From a virus (taxonomy: Duplodnaviria > Caudoviricetes), in the IMG/VR virus record IMGVR_UViG_3300049009_000131, positions 1 through 41,365 of that record: a stretch of 41,365 bases of DNA. The stretch is one strand, 5' to 3'. This document shows, piece by piece, positions 26,592 to 35,889 of this stretch. The notes under the pieces are model-generated. The model had not been told where the DNA came from and did no database searches. It saw only the letters and a list, made by a program, of their open reading frames with translations. Within the stretch, counting starts at the first letter, position 1, and every line of letters begins with the position of its first letter. Position numbers and translations under genes: made by a program.

Positions 26592-26864
26592 GTGGAATAC
26601 AATACTCAGGTTTCCGTCAAGGAGACCAACGAAGACGGCTATGGTTTCGAGTGCACGGTGGCCGTAGACCCCGGCATCAGCAACATGGTGACCTTTGATA
26701 TCTCGTGGCTCCACGAAGACAGCGAGGGGACCGTTGAGGCTCTGGAATGCGTAGGCGTCCTTATGACCCCTGAAGCTGCCCGCGTCATCTCAGAGCGCCT
26801 ACAGCAGTGCGCGTACCTCGCTGACAAGCCTTCCGCCCCCCTCGAAAACAAGGTTCTGTTCTAA
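26592..26864 (+). CDS. Hypothetical acidic protein
   Basis: SD GGAGA with GTG start; coupled to the SSB gene. Confidence 0.55.
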   Translation: MEYNTQVSVKETNEDGYGFECTVAVDPGISNMVTFDISWLHEDSEGTVEALECVGVLMTPEAARVISERLQQCAYLADKPSAPLENKVLF

Positions 26865-27367
26865 TGGCAAAACTCACGTTCGTATCTCCCGTTGGCACGG
26901 CCCGCTATCCGCATATCACGACACCTGACAACACGGGACAGTATGCAGATGGCAAGTTCAAGACCAAGCTTGTCGTACCTAAGAAGGACGCAGCGGCCCT
27001 CGTTGAGCATCTGAAGGGTATCGCCAAGGAACACAAGGTCTCGAAGCTCCCGTTCACGGAAGAGGACGGGGATGTCGTGTTCAACATCAAGTCCAAGTTC
27101 AAGCCCCTTGTGTTTGACGCGAAGAACCACGAGGTCAAGAAGGTTGACCTTCGTGTCGGAGGGGGCTCGAAGCTGCGTGTAGCGGGTGTTGTGTATCCCT
27201 ACGACAAGGGTCTGTCGCTTCAGATGAAGCAGGTGCAGGTCCTTGAGTTGCAGGACGGCAGCGATGCGATGTTCGAGGCAGCGGAGGGTTCCTTCGACGC
27301 TTCCGATTTCGAGCCGAGCGACACGGGTTCGTCGTTCGAAGCAGCCCCTGATGGCTTGGATATCTAA
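26864..27367 (+). CDS. Single-stranded DNA-binding protein (T7 gp2.5-like)
   Basis: SP.G.A.YP....PD, KSK.KP..FDAK, GGGS, GLSLQ...VQV.EL, acidic C-terminal tail. Confidence 0.85.
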   Translation: MAKLTFVSPVGTARYPHITTPDNTGQYADGKFKTKLVVPKKDAAALVEHLKGIAKEHKVSKLPFTEEDGDVVFNIKSKFKPLVFDAKNHEVKKVDLRVGGGSKLRVAGVVYPYDKGLSLQMKQVQVLELQDGSDAMFEAAEGSFDASDFEPSDTGSSFEAAPDGLDI

Positions 27368-27824
27368 GCGCCGACATACGCCGCGTTTAGAGAGTAGATA
27401 TCGATCACGATTTGAACAACGGGTGGCGGAAGCTCTTGAGGAGCTAAAGGTTGCTTACGAGTACGAGAGCTTCAAGATTGAATATGAAGTTCCGTCTCGT
27501 GTCTCCAAGTACACTCCAGACTTCCGCCTACCCAACGGTATCATTGTAGAAGCGAAGGGGCTGTGGGACGCCGCAGATCGCGCCAAGCATCTGTGGGTCA
27601 AAGCACAGCACCCCCACCTAGACATTCGCTTCGTGTTTCAGAACTCCCGAAACAAGCTCTATCGCGGCTCCCCTACGACTTACGCCATGTGGTGTGACAA
27701 GTGGGGCTTTAAGCATGCCGACAAGGAAGTCCCCCTTCATTGGATCAAGGAGAGTCCCCAAGATGGTCGAACTACGTCTGACACCTCAGGCCAAGCGCAT
27801 CCTCCTGCACCTCGAAAAGCATAA
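27351..27824 (+). CDS. Endonuclease I / Holliday junction resolvase (T7 gp3-like)
   Basis: YRS.FE, YTPDF.LPNGIIVEAKG, QHP.LDIRFVFQ, TTYA.WC.K.GF. Confidence 0.93.
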   Translation: MAWISKRRHTPRLESRYRSRFEQRVAEALEELKVAYEYESFKIEYEVPSRVSKYTPDFRLPNGIIVEAKGLWDAADRAKHLWVKAQHPHLDIRFVFQNSRNKLYRGSPTTYAMWCDKWGFKHADKEVPLHWIKESPQDGRTTSDTSGQAHPPAPRKA

Positions 27825-27981
27825 GACGATCACCCCCCTCGAAGCCTTTGGTGTCTACAGCATCTTCAGGCTTGCTGCACGTATCTGGGAGCTTCGCCGG
27901 ATCGGCAAGGCGATCACCACAGTGTACATGAAGGACGAGAATGGGAAGCCGTATGCACGTTACGTCCTCGCGAGGGCGTGA
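27763..27981 (+). CDS. Small winged-helix DNA-binding protein
   Basis: SD AAGGAG; Q..RIL.HL.....ITPLEA...Y.I.RLAARI.ELR..G. Confidence 0.75.
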   Translation: MVELRLTPQAKRILLHLEKHKTITPLEAFGVYSIFRLAARIWELRRIGKAITTVYMKDENGKPYARYVLARA

Positions 27982-29572
27982 AGATGGTCACAGATCGACA
28001 AGTAACCTTGTGCGCCACGAGCCCTGTCCATCCTGCGGCTCCCGCAACAACCTCGCTCGATACACAGATGGTCACGGATGGTGCTTCGGATGCGGACACT
28101 ATGAAAGCGGAGATACAATGCAAGGTTCAGTGGGCACTAGCGTATCTCGGGAAGGGGCGGATACCAGAAGCAACCTTAGCACTGGAACAGTTACAGCAAT
28201 CCCTAACCGCCGCCTCGATGAAGACACTTGCCGCCTCTTTAATTACCAAGTCGGTGGAGAGGGGGACAATCGGTTTCACATTGCCCCTTACCGTGATCGA
28301 CATGGACGCATAGTCGCCCAGAAGATACGGAAGCGCAGCAAGGAGTTCTCGTTCGAGGGTGACACAAAGGCCATAGGTCTCTTTGGAGATCACCTGTGGT
28401 CTTCTGGTAAGAAGATCGTCGTCACAGAGGGTGAAATCGATTGTATGTCGGTTTCGCAGGCTCAGGGAAACCGCTGGCCGTGCGTCTCGATACCCAACGG
28501 TGCCCAAGGTGCCGCTAAGGCCATTCAGAAGTCATATGACTACCTCAATACCTTTGAGGAAATCATCTTGATGTTCGACATGGACGATCCGGGGCGCAAG
28601 GCAACTATCGAGTGCGCTGAGATACTTCCAGTTGGCAAGGTAAAGATCGCCAGCCTTCCGTACAAGGATGCCAACGAGTGTCTGGTCAACGGAAGACCTG
28701 ACGCAATCATCTCGGCCATCTGGAACGCAAAGCCCTATCGCCCTGACGGTATCGTGAGTGCGAAAGAGCTTAAGGACCTCGTGATGCAAGACGATGGTCC
28801 TATGGGTTTCCCATACCCATTCAGTGGTCTTAACACCATTACTCGTGGCATCCGTTCCTCTGAGCTAGTGGTCATCACAAGTGGCAGTGGGATGGGTAAA
28901 ACGACCTTTGTTCGTGAGGTAGCTTACGCCCTCCATATGGCTGGCCGTAAGGTCGGGATGATCATGCTGGAGGAGAGTAACAAGCGGACCATCCAAGGGC
29001 TTGTGGGACTTCACATGAACAAGAACATCCTTGTGGATCGTTCGCTCTCTACTGATACGGAGATTAGCCGTGGATTTGATGAGCTATTCGGCAATGATGA
29101 TATCGCTCTGTATGACCACTTTGGCAGTACTGATGTTGATAACATCCTCAACCGCATTCGATACATGGCCCGTGCTCTGGGCTGCACTCACGTTATCGTT
29201 GATCACATTAGCATCCTCGTTAGTGGCATTGCTTCTGGAGATGAGCGGAAGCTGATCGATATGGCGATGACGAAGCTGAGGACCCTCGTGCAGGAAACGG
29301 GGATCACTCTGTTCGTCGTAAGTCACCTTAAGCGCCCTGAGGGCAACCTAGGCCACGAAGACGGAGCCAAGGTCCACCTTGGGCAACTCCGGGGCTCGCA
29401 CGCCATCGCACAACTCGCGGACATCTGTGTGGCCCTCCAGAAGCCCGATGCAGACGCGGTGGACAGTACGGAACTCCGCGTCCTCAAGAACCGCTTCACG
29501 GGCGAAGTGGGTAACGCGGGAACCATCTTTTACAATCGAGAAACCGGACGCCTGACGGAGGGTGTCTTCTAG
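27941..29572 (+). CDS. DNA primase/helicase (T7 gp4-like)
   Basis: Zn finger CPSC...CFGC, TOPRIM TEGEID and FDMD..G, Walker A GSGMGKTT, DHI, LRGS, KNRFTGE. Confidence 0.96.
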   Translation: MGSRMHVTSSRGREDGHRSTSNLVRHEPCPSCGSRNNLARYTDGHGWCFGCGHYESGDTMQGSVGTSVSREGADTRSNLSTGTVTAIPNRRLDEDTCRLFNYQVGGEGDNRFHIAPYRDRHGRIVAQKIRKRSKEFSFEGDTKAIGLFGDHLWSSGKKIVVTEGEIDCMSVSQAQGNRWPCVSIPNGAQGAAKAIQKSYDYLNTFEEIILMFDMDDPGRKATIECAEILPVGKVKIASLPYKDANECLVNGRPDAIISAIWNAKPYRPDGIVSAKELKDLVMQDDGPMGFPYPFSGLNTITRGIRSSELVVITSGSGMGKTTFVREVAYALHMAGRKVGMIMLEESNKRTIQGLVGLHMNKNILVDRSLSTDTEISRGFDELFGNDDIALYDHFGSTDVDNILNRIRYMARALGCTHVIVDHISILVSGIASGDERKLIDMAMTKLRTLVQETGITLFVVSHLKRPEGNLGHEDGAKVHLGQLRGSHAIAQLADICVALQKPDADAVDSTELRVLKNRFTGEVGNAGTIFYNRETGRLTEGVF

Positions 29573-29586
29573 CAATCGGAGCACAC

Positions 29587-29943
29587 ATGATCGCAGCAGT
29601 ATTGCTGGCTGCGGCCCTTAGTACCTCAAGTCCCAAAACGGATCGAGAGGCCCCTGAGGACTGCTTCTTAGCCCAGAGTTTTAAAGATGACCTCCGCAAC
29701 GCCGGGGGTTTTTTATTGATCGAAGCGGAACGCGAGGTGACCATTCGTTACCTCGCATCACTGGTAACCCTTGGCTTCGAAGCGCCGCCTATCGATGTCG
29801 GGAAGGTTACCTCGATGTTGATCATCACCAACCCAAAGACCCCAGACACGGTGCTTATCGCGCTTATCGACAGCGATGGGCTGATCTGTGTTGCAGCTAA
29901 CATCCCAAGAGCCATTCACGATGCAGTCCTCAGAGGAGCTTGA
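29587..29943 (+). CDS. Hypothetical protein with signal-peptide-like N-terminus
   Basis: SD GGAG; MIAAVLLAAAL hydrophobic leader. Confidence 0.55.
   Translation: MIAAVLLAAALSTSSPKTDREAPEDCFLAQSFKDDLRNAGGFLLIEAEREVTIRYLASLVTLGFEAPPIDVGKVTSMLIITNPKTPDTVLIALIDSDGLICVAANIPRAIHDAVLRGA
29689..29716 (+). terminator. Intrinsic terminator-like hairpin inside a CDS
   Basis: GACCTCCG-CAACGC-CGGGGGTT followed by TTTTATT. Confidence 0.45.
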
Positions 29944-29950
29944 GACAACG

Positions 29951-30115
29951 ATGGAGAAGATGCGTATCCTTAACAGGCTCGCAGATGCCTTGGAAACAGC
30001 ACGACACGCCTTCGTGCAGAACCCAAGCCACAAGACAGCCCTCGCTATGCAGAACATCAACAAGCAGCGCGAGGCCATTAGACGTACGCTCCCCAAGCTG
30101 CGTGAGGTAGCGTGA
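29951..30115 (+). CDS. Small hypothetical protein (start uncertain)
   Basis: Fills gap before polA; GTGA overlap with the pol start. Confidence 0.45.
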   Translation: MEKMRILNRLADALETARHAFVQNPSHKTALAMQNINKQREAIRRTLPKLREVA

Positions 30116-31893
30116 GGTTCGTCTTTGACGTCGAAACAAACGGCCTCCTAGAAACCCTCACAACGATCCACTGCCTTGTGTGTCTCAACGCTGATACGGA
30201 CGAGATACATAGCTTCGGACCTTCAGATATCCCTGAGGGTCTTAGGCTTCTCCAAGGTGCTTCCGAACTCATTGGTCACAATGCGATCAAGTTCGACCTC
30301 CCCGCGATCTCCAAGGTCTACCCCTCGTTCACGTACAACGGCTTAGTGACGGACACCCTAGTCCTCACAAGGTTGATCTACAGTGACCTTAAGGGCGACA
30401 AGCAGGACGGTATCCGCCTTGCGACCGGACAGATTACCAAGGAGGTCTACGGCTCCCACAGCCTCAATGCGTGGGGCCAGCGTATTGGTCTTCACAAGAT
30501 GGAGTACAGTGGCGGGTGGGAATCCTTTACCCCCGAGATGCTTTCGTACTGTGAGCATGATTGCCGTGTAACTCTCGCTCTCTACAAGTTCCTCAAGATC
30601 GATAGCTACTCAAAGCTGGCCGTCGATCTCGAACACGATGTCGCAAAGCTCTGCTTCCAGATCGAACAGAACGGATGGCCCTTCGATGTACGCGGGGCCA
30701 CCGAACTGTACGGGAGGTTAGCTAAGAGGCGTGAGGAGCTTAAAGCCGACCTACGAGGACTATTCGATCCTTGGGAAGAGGTCGATAGGGTCGTTACGTA
30801 CAAGCGTGACAACAAGCCCAAGGGCATCAAGGCCGGGGACACAAAGACCTTCTACAAGACCGTGGAGTTTAACCCAGCGAGCCGCCAGCACATCGAGAGA
30901 TGCCTGAGGGACAAGTACGGGTGGAAGCCACAGGTCTTTACGCCCTCAGGGCAGGCGAAGGTGGACGAAGAGGTTCTGGCGAAGCTTGAGTACCCTGAGG
31001 CTAAGAAGCTCGCTGAGTTCTTTCTCGTGGAGAAGCGGGTCGGACAGTTGGCCGAAGGTGACCAAGCGTGGATCAAACTAGAACGTAATGGAAAGATACA
31101 TGCAAGTTACAATACCAACGGAGCTGTCACTGGACGAGCTACACACAGCAATCCAAACATCTCTGCTGTCCCTTCAGTATCCGCCGAGTTCGGTAGGGAT
31201 TGCAGGGCACTTTTCCACGTACCCAGTGGATGGAAAGCTGTTGGCGCAGATTACAGTGGACTTGAGCTTCGATGTCTCGCCCACTACATGCACCACTTCG
31301 ACGGAGGGGCCTACGCCCGAGAAGTCGTAGAGGGTGATGTACACACGGCCAACCAGAAGGCCGCTGGGTTACCTACGCGCAACAACGCGAAGACATTCAT
31401 CTACGCCTTCCTGTATGGCGCGGGTGACGAAAAGATCGGAAAGATCATTGGCAAGGGCCGTAACGAAGGCCGGGAGCTTCGCGAGAGGTTCCTAGGGGCG
31501 ACACCCGCCATAGCCAACCTCAAGAAGCAAGTCGGACAAGCGGCATCCAAGGGCTACCTAAAGGGGCTCGATGGTCGTCATTTGCCCGTTAGGTCAGAGC
31601 ATAGCAGCTTAAATCTTTTACTTCAAAATTGTGGGGCAACGCTCTGTAAGGCGTGGATCGTCGGTATAGACAACGCTCTCAAGGAACAAGGACTACGACA
31701 CGGATGGAACGGAGAGTACGTATTTCTGGGATGGATTCACGATGAAGTCCAGATCGCCGTCAAAGACGGTCACGAAGAAACTGTCGGCCAAACCTGCCTC
31801 AGAGTGGCCGAAGAAACTGGACACCGCTTCCAGTTCAAGTGCCCCCTTGCCGCCGAGTACAAAGTTGGAAGCAATTGGGCCGAAACGCATTGA
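30112..31893 (+). CDS. DNA polymerase family A (T7 gp5-like)
   Basis: Exo I FDVETNG, GHN...FD, Exo III YCEHD, NGAVTGR, motif A DYSGLELR, motif B RNNAKTFIYAFLYG, IHDE. Confidence 0.97.
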   Translation: MRFVFDVETNGLLETLTTIHCLVCLNADTDEIHSFGPSDIPEGLRLLQGASELIGHNAIKFDLPAISKVYPSFTYNGLVTDTLVLTRLIYSDLKGDKQDGIRLATGQITKEVYGSHSLNAWGQRIGLHKMEYSGGWESFTPEMLSYCEHDCRVTLALYKFLKIDSYSKLAVDLEHDVAKLCFQIEQNGWPFDVRGATELYGRLAKRREELKADLRGLFDPWEEVDRVVTYKRDNKPKGIKAGDTKTFYKTVEFNPASRQHIERCLRDKYGWKPQVFTPSGQAKVDEEVLAKLEYPEAKKLAEFFLVEKRVGQLAEGDQAWIKLERNGKIHASYNTNGAVTGRATHSNPNISAVPSVSAEFGRDCRALFHVPSGWKAVGADYSGLELRCLAHYMHHFDGGAYAREVVEGDVHTANQKAAGLPTRNNAKTFIYAFLYGAGDEKIGKIIGKGRNEGRELRERFLGATPAIANLKKQVGQAASKGYLKGLDGRHLPVRSEHSSLNLLLQNCGATLCKAWIVGIDNALKEQGLRHGWNGEYVFLGWIHDEVQIAVKDGHEETVGQTCLRVAEETGHRFQFKCPLAAEYKVGSNWAETH

Positions 31894-32152
31894 CAGCAAC
31901 CTCAAGCAGGTCCTGCACACCATATGGACCTGTCAAGTTACCACCAAGTCAGACTTCGCCCGTGAGAACGCCGACTACATCGCTATGGCGGCGTCTATGG
32001 GACTCATTAGTACACGCATTATGTCCCAAGTTTACGGACGCCAATGGCAAGTCACCGCAAAAGGACTCAACGCTCTTGAGAAGCATTATGGCATCAAAAC
32101 AACCGAAGACCACGACGACGAAGACCGCCGACAACCGCTCCTCCCCCTCTAG
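31865..32152 (+). CDS. T7 gp5.7-like protein (start uncertain)
   Basis: LKQVL..I......KSDFARENA..IA.AAS.GLIS...W.VT.KG pattern recalls T7 gp5.7; same position after the polymerase. Confidence 0.65.
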   Translation: MEAIGPKRIDSNLKQVLHTIWTCQVTTKSDFARENADYIAMAASMGLISTRIMSQVYGRQWQVTAKGLNALEKHYGIKTTEDHDDEDRRQPLLPL

Positions 32153-32387
32153 TCGCCTAGTGATCGTAGAGTGGCATGATGCAGCGGTGAGTATCGGATG
32201 GGACGAAGGACAGTCGGACGCGAAGATCGAACAAGTGTCAAGCGTGGGGTGGCTCTTGGCAAAAGGCGACACAGAGGTCGTTCTAGGAGCCGACGTCTCG
32301 ACCGCTGCGGAAGGTATCGTCCATACCAACCGCCGCTTAGCGATCCCTGCGTCTTGGATCAAGAGCATCAAGGATATCAAGGCATGA
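32088..32387 (+). CDS. Conserved phage hypothetical protein
   Basis: V.VEW.DA....GW and SVGWL...IP...I..I motifs. Confidence 0.6.
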   Translation: MASKQPKTTTTKTADNRSSPSSRLVIVEWHDAAVSIGWDEGQSDAKIEQVSSVGWLLAKGDTEVVLGADVSTAAEGIVHTNRRLAIPASWIKSIKDIKA

Positions 32388-32725
32388 ACCTAAACGACTA
32401 TCAGACTGACGCTCGCAAGACAGCCATCAGCACCAACCCGGAACATATGTCCTTTGGGTTACTTGAGGAAGCAGGCGAGATCGCGGGTATCTTTAAGCGC
32501 ATCTACCGTGGCGATCAGGACTACATGGACATGGAGGACGGCCTTGGGTTCTCCCCGTTCACCTATGAGCGTCTGAAGGGCGAGCTTGGGGATGTCCTGT
32601 GGTACGCCGCGATGCTCGCTGATGTCCTTGGGATGACCCTTGAGGATGTCGCCAAGTACAACCTCGCGAAACTCCAGCGACGCAAGGCCAAGGACATGAT
32701 CCACGGCTCTGGAGACGACCGATGA
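32384..32725 (+). CDS. MazG-like nucleoside triphosphate pyrophosphohydrolase
   Basis: YQ..A..TA, GL.EEAGE, ELGDVLWY, N..KL..R, GSGD.R. Confidence 0.9.
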   Translation: MNLNDYQTDARKTAISTNPEHMSFGLLEEAGEIAGIFKRIYRGDQDYMDMEDGLGFSPFTYERLKGELGDVLWYAAMLADVLGMTLEDVAKYNLAKLQRRKAKDMIHGSGDDR

Positions 32726-32967
32726 CGATGGTTGTCCTTACGGCCCCTGAGTGCCTCTGGTGCGACAAGGCCAAGCGTCTCCTTGAGGAGCTTCAGTTCC
32801 AGTACGTCGAACTCGATGTCACCAAGCACGAGGGGCTGCGACTGTTCATGGATGCCCTAGGTATTCGCACGGTCCCCCAAGTGTTCAATCGTCACACCCG
32901 TCTCGGGGGGTACACCGAGTTAACCGCAGTTTACGGAGAGCCCCGCGATGAAGCTTCTAAAGAGTAG
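32722..32967 (+). CDS. Glutaredoxin-like protein
   Basis: CLWC active site, TVPQVF, GGYTEL. Confidence 0.9.
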   Translation: MTMVVLTAPECLWCDKAKRLLEELQFQYVELDVTKHEGLRLFMDALGIRTVPQVFNRHTRLGGYTELTAVYGEPRDEASKE

Positions 32968-33586
32968 CCACATTGTTATTCTCGGAACACACCCCGAGAC
33001 CTTGGAGTCGTTCGATCCGTCCGTCCACGCCGATGACGAAGTGTGGGGCATGGCACACCACGCCAAGACCCGACTGTTCGCCACGAAGGCGTTCGAAGCT
33101 CACAGCCCTGAGATCGTGTGGGAGCATGGCGGTAACGGCCACGTCGAACGTCTCAAGGCCATTGCGTCCGAGATGCCCCTCTACACGATGTACGAGTGGC
33201 CTATGAGCCTTGGTCAGTACCACAACACCGTGACAGCTAATGACCTCGCGAATCTAGGTGTCGTTCGCAGGCGTCCCGAACCGTTCATCGAGAGTAGCAT
33301 TGGGTACATCTTGGCTATGGCGCTCGCCAAGTGGGACAACGACTTCGTGAGTGACATCTCGCTCTACGGGATCAACATGGATGGTAGCGACGAGTACACC
33401 TACCAGCGGCCCAATGTAGCGTATCTCATCGGCAAGGCCGAAGGGTTGGGTATCAACGTCCACCTCCCGAAGGCTTGTGGTCTGCTGTCGAGCCAATGGA
33501 CCGCAGGTGTCTATGGTCACCCCCAGAACATCCGCGACATCAACTACTACCTGAGGCCCGAAGGGGCTCCCATCTATGCAAGTTGA
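32948..33586 (+). CDS. Conserved hypothetical protein (possible transferase)
   Basis: SD GGAGAG; SSI.Y.LAMA...I.LYGI.M....EY.YQRP...Y.IG.A.G.GI.V..P motif. Confidence 0.65.
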   Translation: MKLLKSSHIVILGTHPETLESFDPSVHADDEVWGMAHHAKTRLFATKAFEAHSPEIVWEHGGNGHVERLKAIASEMPLYTMYEWPMSLGQYHNTVTANDLANLGVVRRRPEPFIESSIGYILAMALAKWDNDFVSDISLYGINMDGSDEYTYQRPNVAYLIGKAEGLGINVHLPKACGLLSSQWTAGVYGHPQNIRDINYYLRPEGAPIYAS

Positions 33587-34238
33587 TCTCATTGATCACA
33601 TGGGTAGCGATCTGACTGTCGTGAATGCTGCCCGCGTAAGTTTCGATAAGACCACAAGCTATCGTGAGGACGCCTTTGGGTGGCATTTGGAACCCCGAGA
33701 CGCCAAGCTTCTTGAGTACCTCGCGAAGCACAATCACTGGACACCTTTCGCCCACTGTGCGGCGACCTTCCGCATCAAGGCACCTCTGTTTGTCGCGAGG
33801 CAGCTTGGGAAGCATCAAGTGGGCCTTGTGTGGAACGAAGTGTCTCGGAGGTATGTCGATAGTGAACCTGAGTTCTACGAGCCGCGAGAGTGGAGAAGGC
33901 GGGCTGAGAACGTAAAGCAGGGTAGTGGCGATGCGCTCGAAGGTAAGGATCATCTCAACGGTGGGTACGCAGGTATCGTAGGGCGAGCCTTGGGTAACTA
34001 TCAGGGGCTCCTCGATCAAGGCGTATGCCCCGAGCAAGCCCGCATGGTCCTCCCGCAGTCCATGTACACCGAATGGTACTGGACGGGTTCTCTCGCAGCG
34101 TTTGCTCGCGTTTGTAACCTTAGGCTCGACCCGCATACCCAGCGTGAAACTCAGGAGATCGCAAAGATGCTTGGGAAACATATGGAACGGTTGTTCCCGA
34201 AGAGTTGGGCTGTGTTGATCGGGGGTAGCAATGACTGA
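33576..34238 (+). CDS. thyX: FAD-dependent thymidylate synthase
   Basis: MGSDLTVVNAARVSF, H.TPF.H, FVARQL.KH, NEVSRRYV, EQARMVLPQ, R....TQ.E. Confidence 0.95.
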   Translation: MQVDLIDHMGSDLTVVNAARVSFDKTTSYREDAFGWHLEPRDAKLLEYLAKHNHWTPFAHCAATFRIKAPLFVARQLGKHQVGLVWNEVSRRYVDSEPEFYEPREWRRRAENVKQGSGDALEGKDHLNGGYAGIVGRALGNYQGLLDQGVCPEQARMVLPQSMYTEWYWTGSLAAFARVCNLRLDPHTQRETQEIAKMLGKHMERLFPKSWAVLIGGSND

Positions 34239-34530
34239 CATCACAATCCCACCCGCTGCGCTGGAGGCGGCTGTATCGGCTTACAACTATGCATCCAGTG
34301 ATTGTTATACGACACAAGAACAAGACATGGGCACCGCAATCGCAGCCGCCCTCAATGCATGGCCGGGGATGCACTTTATCGGCAACATTGGGGTTCACTT
34401 ACCCCTGACGCAGGAGGCGCGTGATGAACGATCTAAAGGACTGCTACGCCGAAATCGAACGGTTGTCAGAGGCGAACACTCACGTGTGGGCAGACAACGA
34501 ACGGCTGCGGGCGGCACTGCGGGAGATTGA
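34231..34530 (+). CDS. Hypothetical protein
   Basis: IPPAALEAA...AALNAWPGM; coupled to thyX; 3' end overlaps the next ORF. Confidence 0.5.
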   Translation: MTDITIPPAALEAAVSAYNYASSDCYTTQEQDMGTAIAAALNAWPGMHFIGNIGVHLPLTQEARDERSKGLLRRNRTVVRGEHSRVGRQRTAAGGTAGD

Positions 34531-34660
34531 CCACGCGCGGTACACGGGCCGCAACACCATTAACCCGGACAATGCGTTTGAACACGCCATTTCGCTCAAT
34601 GAAAAATTGATAGCGGTAATGGACATCGCCCGCGCAGCACTCGCAGAGGAACGCACATGA
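34424..34660 (+). CDS. Hypothetical coiled-coil protein
   Basis: SD GGAGG; EIERL...ENERLRAAL-type pattern ending ARAAL. Confidence 0.6.
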   Translation: MNDLKDCYAEIERLSEANTHVWADNERLRAALREIDHARYTGRNTINPDNAFEHAISLNEKLIAVMDIARAALAEERT

Positions 34661-34747
34661 GCGATGAACCGCTTTGTCCATTTGATTGGTCATAAGGGCG
34701 GCTTGTGACCAAAATTCTGTACGTAATGTCATCAAGGGGGAACGCAC

Positions 34748-35137
34748 ATGAAACGTAACATACTTATACTTACGACAGCCCTGCTACTCACAGGGACGCT
34801 CACCGCTTGCAACAGCAACACCAAACCTGAGTGCTGGAAGGCAAAGCATAATGCGGTCGGTAAGGACTGTAACTCATCAGGTAACGGCGGGTTCTCTATG
34901 AACAGCCCCAGCCGCAAAGGTACGGACGGTAAGAAGCGGAGCGTAGACGCCCCAAAGACTAATGATGGCGGAACTAATCAAAATGTTCCCGCTAAGGACA
35001 ATTCGCCCACTAACGACACCGCTAGTGAGCCAAATGTTCCCGATCAGGAAACCGACGTCCGCCCGCCGCCCCAGAGCAACAGTAATGACATCAAGGGCTA
35101 TGACCCTTTCGGCGGTCTCTATGGCCCCGGTACGTAA
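34748..35137 (+). CDS. Lipoprotein of unknown function
   Basis: MKRN plus hydrophobic core plus lipobox LTAC; disordered polar C-terminus; SD AAGGGGG. Confidence 0.7.
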   Translation: MKRNILILTTALLLTGTLTACNSNTKPECWKAKHNAVGKDCNSSGNGGFSMNSPSRKGTDGKKRSVDAPKTNDGGTNQNVPAKDNSPTNDTASEPNVPDQETDVRPPPQSNSNDIKGYDPFGGLYGPGT

Positions 35138-35151
35138 CGAGAGGCCACACA

Positions 35152-35889
35152 ATGACACACCTATTGATCGACGGTGACATACTGCTCTACCGCGCCGCAA
35201 GTGCCTGCGAGACTGAAGTTGACTGGGGAGACGGCCTTTGGGTCCTCCACGGGAACCTAACGGAAGCTATCAACCTTGTAGAGCAGTCTATCGCTTCCAT
35301 CACGACATCGCTGGGTGGCACATCGATTACCTTGTGCCTGAGTGACCGTAGCAACTTTCGCAAGTCATTGACCGACACCTACAAGGCAGGCCGTAAGGGC
35401 ACACGGAAACCTGTGGTCTTCGGCAACCTGTTCAACTGGTCCGTCGAGAACCTTAAGCCCGTCATTAAGCCCACCCTAGAAGCTGACGACACCATAGGTC
35501 TACTTGCGACACATCCCGACTTCAAAGGGATCGTCGTTAGCGAAGACAAGGACATGCAGACGCTTGCGTGTAACCTCTACAAAGGGGGACAGTTGACAAC
35601 GATCACACCTGAGATGGCGGATCGTTTCTGGATGATCCAGACGCTCACCGGGGATGCCACCGATGGATACAAAGGTGTCACGGGTGTCGGGCCGAAGACC
35701 GCAGAGAAGCTCCTGACCGGAAAGACACTGCGAGAGAACTGGCCGCATGTCGTGAATGCCTACAGGCGCGTCAAGATGACGGAAGAGGACGCACTGCTGA
35801 GCGCGAGGCTCGCACGCATCCTGAGGCATGGCGATTACAACGAAGACACACAGACGGTGAACTTATGGAACCCTTCGACACTTACATGA
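35152..35889 (+). CDS. 5'-3' exonuclease (T7 gp6-like)
   Basis: LLIDGD..Y, NFRK....YK.GR...KP, EADD, DKD, GD.TDGY.GV.GVG.K. Confidence 0.93.
   Translation: MTHLLIDGDILLYRAASACETEVDWGDGLWVLHGNLTEAINLVEQSIASITTSLGGTSITLCLSDRSNFRKSLTDTYKAGRKGTRKPVVFGNLFNWSVENLKPVIKPTLEADDTIGLLATHPDFKGIVVSEDKDMQTLACNLYKGGQLTTITPEMADRFWMIQTLTGDATDGYKGVTGVGPKTAEKLLTGKTLRENWPHVVNAYRRVKMTEEDALLSARLARILRHGDYNEDTQTVNLWNPSTLT

Noticed and set aside
30112-31893. Intron or intein in Pol A, RNR or TerL
   Set aside because: ORFs are continuous and of normal or compact length; both HNH genes are free-standing
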